A stretch of DNA of 14,266 nucleotides, taken from Gemmatimonadota bacterium (lineage in GTDB: Bacteria > Gemmatimonadota > Gemmatimonadetes > Gemmatimonadales > GWC2-71-9). The DNA is taken from NCBI GenBank assembly GCA_039588295.1, contig JBDHAB010000047.1, positions 20,607 to 34,872 of the forward strand, given 5' to 3'. A program made the position numbers and the translations under genes. Below, piece by piece: positions 7,669 to 14,266 of the stretch (position 1 is the stretch's first letter; every line of letters starts with the position of its first letter). The notes under the pieces were generated by a model. That model was not told the origin of the DNA. It made no database searches and worked only from the letters and a program-made list of their open reading frames with translations.

Positions 7669-9551
7669 TCACCTGTCGGCTGCTCGGCCCCGTTCAAGTC
7701 ACGGTCGACGGGCAGCCCGCGCAGCCGGAGCTCCTCTGGCGTAAGAACGTCGCCCTGCTGGTTTACCTCGCCCGTTCCCCGCGCCTGAGCCGCACGCGCG
7801 ACCACCTGACGGGTCTTCTCTGGGGTGAGAAACCCGAGGTCGCCGCGCGACACTCACTGCGCGAGGCGGTGCGCGTGCTGCGGCGCTCGCTTGGTGAGGA
7901 CATCATTCGGTCCGAGGGCGATCAGATCAGACTCACGCCCGACGGCCTCACCCTGGACACCAACGCCTTCGACGAGGCGGAACGCGCGGCGCAGTGGGAA
8001 GCTGCGGCCGGCCTGGTCGCGGGAGACTTCCTCGAAGGCTTCGGCGTACCCGACGCCTCCGCGTTCGAGGACTGGCTCACAGCGGAGCGGCACAACTGGC
8101 GCCGACGCGCCGCTCGAGCGCTCACCGAGTGGGCGAAGCAGAACCTGGCGGAGGGCCAAGCACAGCAGGCTTCGGACACGGCGCTCCGCGCCATCCAGCT
8201 CGAACCGGCATCTGAGGAAGCCGCGCGTACGGCGATGAAGGCGCTCGTCCTGGCCGGCGATCGCGCGGGGGCACTCACATGCTACGACGAACTCGTTTCG
8301 CGCCTCCGCGATGCGGGTGTGGAACTGGGCGCGGAGACCTCAGCGCTTGGGGAGCGAGTGCGTCGCGAGCGGAAGTGGCGCCTGTCCGACGAGGTGCCGC
8401 AGCAGGCCGACCGGGGTGCCGAGACTCGTCGCGCGCCACTCATCGGTCGGGAGGGGGAACTCGCTCAGGTGCTGGAGGCGGTCAAGTGCGCGGAGGCCGA
8501 CCGGCGATCGGCCGTCTGCATGATCATAGCGGACTCGGGCTTGGGAAGATCACGGCTCCTCGAAGAGATCACCACCCGCGCGCGGCTCGACGGGATGCTG
8601 GTGGCAGCCGTCCGAGCGGTGGAAGCCGACGTGTCGGCGGCGTGGAGCGGCGTTCTCGGGTTGGCGCGAAGCGGGTTACTGGACGGTCGGGGGCTCGCGG
8701 CAGCCTCACCGGAGGCACTGGCTGCCCTGGCGGCCGAGCTTCCGGAGTGGGCTGACCGTTTCGGAGCGCCTAATCGACCGGCGCCATTGGGAGCGGCGTT
8801 CACGCAAGTGATCCGTGCACTCGGCGAGGAACAGCCGGTGCTGCTCGCGATCGATGATGCCCAGTGGCTGGACCGTGAATCACTGCTGGAACTCAGTGCC
8901 GTGCTGCGCGATCTCTCCATGCTCCCGGTCGTAGTGGCGGTCACATCGCGACGCGAGCCTTCGCGGGCGGAGGTGGACGAGCTGCGATCGCGCGTGGGGC
9001 GGGACCTGTCGGGTACGAGCATTCACCTGCAACCGCTCGACGACCATGCACTCCGGACGCTCGTGCAGTGGGCGGTCCCGAGCTTCGACGCTGCCGAAAT
9101 AGACCGCCTGACACGCAGGGTAGCGGCGGACTCGGCGGGCTTACCGCTTCTCGCGGTCGAGCTGCTTCACGCGGTCGCGCTCGGCATGGACCTCGGCCGC
9201 ATTGTCGGCGCGTGGCCGGAGCCGTACAAGACGCTGGATCAGACGCTTCCAACCGACCTCCCGGACGCGGTGATCGCGGCGGTCCGCGTTGGCTTTCGAC
9301 GACTCTCCGACGACGCGCAGCAACTCCTCGCCGTTGCCTCGATCCTCGGTGAACGGGTGAGTCGCGAGCGACTGGAGCACTGCTCCGGCATTGGCGGTGA
9401 GACGCTCCTCGACGCACTGGACGAACTCGAATGGCAACGGTGGCTCGTGTGTGAGCCACGAGGCTATTCCTTCCTCGCTCGCGTCGTCCAGGAGGTCGTC
9501 GCCCGCGACATGCTGACCGAAGGGCAGCGGCAACGGATCCTCGAACGAGGA
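7665..9551 (+). CDS. SARP-like regulator: winged HTH + BTAD + AAA (STAND-like) NTPase. The recognisable protein ends at about 9551 but has no stop codon, so the formal ORF runs to 11366
   Basis: GTGA overlap with the kinase stop. MITCRLLGPVQV...ALLVYLA...TRDHLTGLLW...SLREAVRVLRR, BTAD GDFLEGF...FEDWL, LIGREGEL, Walker A-like ADSGLGRS, Walker B VLLAIDDAQWLD, GLPLLAVEL. The sequence turns into Arg-rich off-frame peptide after QRILERG. Confidence 0.85.
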
Positions 9552-12135
9552 AGCACGTTCGGTCGTATGGTGCATCCTGCTTTCGTGCGCGGCACCACTC
9601 GCTCTCGCGGCGCAGCAGAGGACGGTTGCCGGCACCGTGACGGACTCGGTGACCAACACCCCGATCGAAGGGGTACGGGTCCTGCTGTTGCGCGTCGACG
9701 TGGTGCACGCGTCGACGGTGACCGACGTCGACGGACGGTTTGTTCTCAGACCTCGGTTGGGCGGCCGCTACAGCCTCTCCCTCACCCGACTCGACTATCG
9801 GGCGGTGTGGGTGAGCGAGGTCGACGTGTCCGACGAGCCGGTGACACTCGCGATCCGCATGCAGCCACAAGCGCTTGCTATCAATCCGATTGTCGTATCG
9901 GCGTCGCGCGCCGAACAAAAGGCGCTCGAGGCCCCGGCGTCCGTGACGGTGCTCGACCGGCGATCCGTCGAAGAGCGGCCGGCATTCACACCCATCGACC
10001 ACCTCTACGCCGTCTCTGGCGTGCAGGTCGCCACCACCGGCCTCACCCAACACGAAGTCGTGGCTCGGGGGTTCAACAACGTGGCCTCGGGGGCGCTGCT
10101 CGTACTCACCGACAACCGGTACGTGCACGTTCCCTCGCTTCGCATCAACGTCTACAACTTCATCGCCCTCACGGACGACGACACCGAACGCATCGAGGTG
10201 GTGCGCGGCCCCGGCTCGGCACTGTACGGGCCCAACTCATCCAATGGCGTGCTGCACATCATCTCTCGGTCTCCGTTCAGCGATCCGGGCACCGCGGTGA
10301 CCGTGAGCGGCGGGGAGCGCGGGGTGATGCACGCGCAGATGCGGCATGCCAGCGTGCTCGGCCGCCGCTTCGCGCTGAAAGTGTCGGCACAGTACCTGCG
10401 CGGCAGGGATTGGCCACACACCGATCCGGCAGAGGTTGCAGCACGGGACACGACCGTCGAGCGGGCGGGCGGAGAGTTGCGGCTGGATTGGCGGCCGAAC
10501 GCGAACGCTACCGTCACGGCGTCGTTCGGGGTGAACCAGGCGTTCTCCAACGTCGATCTCACGCCGCTGGGAGCCGCCCAGGTCCAGGATTGGCGGTACA
10601 CCTATGCGCAAACGCGGGTGCGGGTGGGCCGCTTTTTCGGCCAGGTGTTCTTCAACGCCAGCAACAGCGGCGATACGTATCTGCTGCGCACCGGCGAGGA
10701 CGTGACCGACGAATCACAAATGCTGGTGGCCCAGGTCCAGCATGGGGCGCTCGTCGGGTCCAGGATCAACCTCACCTACGGCGTCGACTTGCAACGCACG
10801 ATTCCACGCACCGAAGGCACGGTCACCGGCCGCAACGAGGACGAGGACACCATCAACGAAGCGGGCGCGTACGTGCAGGCCGAGGCGCAACTGACCCCGG
10901 CGGTGCGCCTCGTCGTGGCGGCCAGGGGCGATTATCACAATCGGATCGACAACCCGGTGCTATCACCGCGTGCGGCGCTGGTGGTTCGCCCAACCTCGGA
11001 CCACAGCCTGCGGTTCACCTACAACCGGGCGTTCAGCACACCCACGACCAACAACCTGTTCCTGGACATCGTCGGGGGTACGATCGAGACGCCAATCCCC
11101 ATTCCAGTGCGACTGGTGGGCGTGCCCAGCACCGGCTTCTCGTTCCGGCGCGACTGCGGTGGCGGCCTGTGTATGCGCTCACCGTACACCCCGTTCGCAG
11201 TGGGGGGGCCGGTCACCCCGTTGCCGCTGGATGCCACACTCCTCTGGCCGGTGATCGTCCAAGGGGCGCAGGCATTCGGCATCGATCTCTCGGCCGTGAC
11301 GCCGCCGACCGCTACGGACGTCCCGACCGTGCTGAAGCAGCTCAACATCGGCACCGAGCAGTTTGAGCCCGCGTCCGATCCGCAGGACATTCCCGCGCTG
11401 AAGCCCACCATCGACAATGTCATCGAGTTCGGCTACCGCGGGGTGCTGGGGGAGCGCGTGACCATCGGTGTGGACGCGTATCGGGCGTGGAAGAGCGACT
11501 TCATGGGAGCGGAACGGGTCGAGACACCCAGTGTCTTTCTCGACGGTACATCCCTCGGACAATACCTTCAGCAGTTCATACCGGCCGATACGGCACAACT
11601 CCTGGCCCTGCTCGCGGACAGCTTCCCGCTTGCGACCGTCACCCCCGAGGAGGCGCGAGACCCGTTCGACGTGCTCGTGACCTATCGCAATTTCGGGAAG
11701 GTGAGTTTTTGGGGTGCGGACCTCGAGCTCGGTGCCGTGGTCACGCCGTGGCTGGCGCTGCGTGGGAACTACTCCTGGGTGAGCGAGAACCAGTTCGAGA
11801 CGGTCAACACCGAAGGGGTGGCAGACACGCTCCCGCTCAACGGGCCGGCGAACCGAGCGGCTTTCGCCCTCCTCGTACGGGAGGACCGGCTTGGCCTCAA
11901 CGCCGAAGTGCGCGGCCGCTGGGTCGACGCGTTTCCGGTCATCTCGGGCGTGTACGTGGGCACGGTGGATTCCTATACCGTGGTGGACGCAATGATGGGC
12001 TACCGCCTGCCGTTCGCGCCGATGGTCACCGTGACGGTAAGCGCGCTCAACGTGCTCGACCACGACCACATCGAGTTCGTTGGCGCCCCTGCAATCGGCC
12101 GTCTCCTCACCGCGAGGGTGCGGGCCGAGTTCTGA
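9550..12135 (+). CDS. TonB-dependent receptor with N-terminal carboxypeptidase-regulatory-like domain; signal peptide present but start codon missing
   Basis: Frame 1 upstream of GTG 9637 reads EARSVVWCILLSCAAPLALAA|QQRTVAGTVTDS. Then IVVSASR, plug RGFNN...ERIEVVRGPGSALYGPNSSNGVLHIIS, barrel strands and C-terminal Phe (RVRAEF). In-frame TGA at 9514-9516, with no ATG/GTG/TTG between it and 9637. Confidence 0.88.
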   Translation, partial: EARSVVWCILLSCAAPLALAAQQRTVAGTVTDSVTNTPIEGVRVLLLRVDVVHASTVTDVDGRFVLRPRLGGRYSLSLTRLDYRAVWVSEVDVSDEPVTLAIRMQPQALAINPIVVSASRAEQKALEAPASVTVLDRRSVEERPAFTPIDHLYAVSGVQVATTGLTQHEVVARGFNNVASGALLVLTDNRYVHVPSLRINVYNFIALTDDDTERIEVVRGPGSALYGPNSSNGVLHIISRSPFSDPGTAVTVSGGERGVMHAQMRHASVLGRRFALKVSAQYLRGRDWPHTDPAEVAARDTTVERAGGELRLDWRPNANATVTASFGVNQAFSNVDLTPLGAAQVQDWRYTYAQTRVRVGRFFGQVFFNASNSGDTYLLRTGEDVTDESQMLVAQVQHGALVGSRINLTYGVDLQRTIPRTEGTVTGRNEDEDTINEAGAYVQAEAQLTPAVRLVVAARGDYHNRIDNPVLSPRAALVVRPTSDHSLRFTYNRAFSTPTTNNLFLDIVGGTIETPIPIPVRLVGVPSTGFSFRRDCGGGLCMRSPYTPFAVGGPVTPLPLDATLLWPVIVQGAQAFGIDLSAVTPPTATDVPTVLKQLNIGTEQFEPASDPQDIPALKPTIDNVIEFGYRGVLGERVTIGVDAYRAWKSDFMGAERVETPSVFLDGTSLGQYLQQFIPADTAQLLALLADSFPLATVTPEEARDPFDVLVTYRNFGKVSFWGADLELGAVVTPWLALRGNYSWVSENQFETVNTEGVADTLPLNGPANRAAFALLVREDRLGLNAEVRGRWVDAFPVISGVYVGTVDSYTVVDAMMGYRLPFAPMVTVTVSALNVLDHDHIEFVGAPAIGRLLTARVRAEF

Positions 12136-12181
12136 GGAGCAACACCGTCTCGCCCGCGGGCCTATGGCTTGTGCTCGGCGG

Positions 12182-13912
<1,731 letters not shown>

Positions 13913-14034
13913 CGTGTCCTCTCGCGCGGGTGGCTCACTGCTGTGCTCCGGTCATTCATCCGCCGCTGACCGGGCCATGCGGACACATAAGATAGTGCCT
14001 GTAACGCCTGGGCGATTGCAGCGACCCATGGAGG

Positions 14035-14063
14035 TTGGGCACCCGTCAGCGGTCTGTTAGCTT
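14035..14063 (+). promoter_or_regulatory. Promoter of the tRNA gene (extended -10)
   Basis: TTGGGC (14035-14040), 17-bp spacer, TG-n-TAGCTT (14055-14063), 10 nt before the tRNA 5' end. Confidence 0.55.
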
Positions 14064-14072
14064 TTCATCCTG

Positions 14073-14156
14073 GGAGGGCTAGACCTAACTGGTAAGGCAG
14101 CGGTCTTGAAAACCGCCGGGAGCAATCCCTTCGGGGTTCGAATCCTCGTCGCTCCA
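14073..14156 (+). tRNA. tRNA-Ser (anticodon UGA) with imperfect acceptor stem; possibly damaged or a pseudo-tRNA
   Basis: 5' GGAGGGC, D-loop with TGGTAAGG, anticodon arm GCGGT-CTTGAAA-ACCGC, long variable arm GGGA-GCAA-TCCC, T arm CGGGG-TTCGAAT-CCTCG. The 3' strand TCGCTCC-A leaves two mismatches. Confidence 0.88.
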
Positions 14157-14215
14157 TCCCTATCTGATGCCTGTTTAGTCCCCGCGACCTGCGCGTCTAG
14201 CTCCAACAGAAACCG

Positions 14216-14238
14216 ATGTGCCCAAAAATGTGCCCAAA
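14216..14238. repeat. Tandem 11-bp direct repeat ATGTGCCCAAA (12-bp period), resembling tyrosine-integrase arm-binding sites
   Basis: Exact copies at 14216-14226 and 14228-14238, about 60 bp downstream of the tRNA 3' end. Confidence 0.6.
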
Positions 14239-14241
14239 CAC

Positions 14242-14264
14242 AAAACCCTCTCGACGGGAGAGGG
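14242..14264 (-). terminator. Probable terminator of a - strand gene lying beyond the window
   Basis: Stem CCCTCTC (14246-14252) / GAGAGGG (14258-14264), preceded on + by AAAA, which is a U-tract on the - strand. Confidence 0.5.
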
Positions 14265-14266
14265 CA

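Noticed and set aside
7656..11366. 1236-aa ORF as a genuine large regulator overlapping the receptor
   Set aside because: Beyond about 9551 it is Arg/Gly-rich off-frame translation of the receptor gene. Stops are rare in this frame because they would need T at the receptor's G/C-biased third codon positions.
12136..12181. Bidirectional terminator between the receptor and glnS
   Set aside because: Only weak pairing (GAGCA/TGCTC with a long loop) and no U-tracts.
14073..14156. tRNA-Sec or opal suppressor reading of the unusual tRNA
   Set aside because: The anticodon is UGA (reads UCA, Ser), not UCA, and the long D stem of tRNA-Sec is absent.
14216..14245. CRISPR-like repeat
   Set aside because: Only two 11-bp units separated by one base, with no spacers.

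Overview
GC-rich window from a diderm bacterium; the gene style suggests Gemmatimonadota, which is an impression rather than a search result. Left to right: (1) the 3' end of an unidentified gene. (2) A divergent locus in which a CarH/LitR-type MerR + B12-binding photoreceptor-repressor is closely followed (4-nt gap) by a YncD/PqqU-family TonB-dependent receptor (- strand). It faces a secreted single-domain fasciclin gene (+ strand) across an AT-richer spacer holding 11-bp-periodic TnGACA boxes on both strands. (3) A lipoprotein thermonuclease. (4) A + strand run of membrane Ser/Thr kinase-TPR, SARP/BTAD-AAA regulator and a second TonB-dependent receptor. At about 9550 the regulator has no stop codon and the receptor's signal peptide has no start codon. 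(5) glnS. (6) A tRNA-Ser(UGA) with an aberrant 3' acceptor strand, followed by tandem repeats resembling integrase arm-binding sites, probably the edge of an integrated element.
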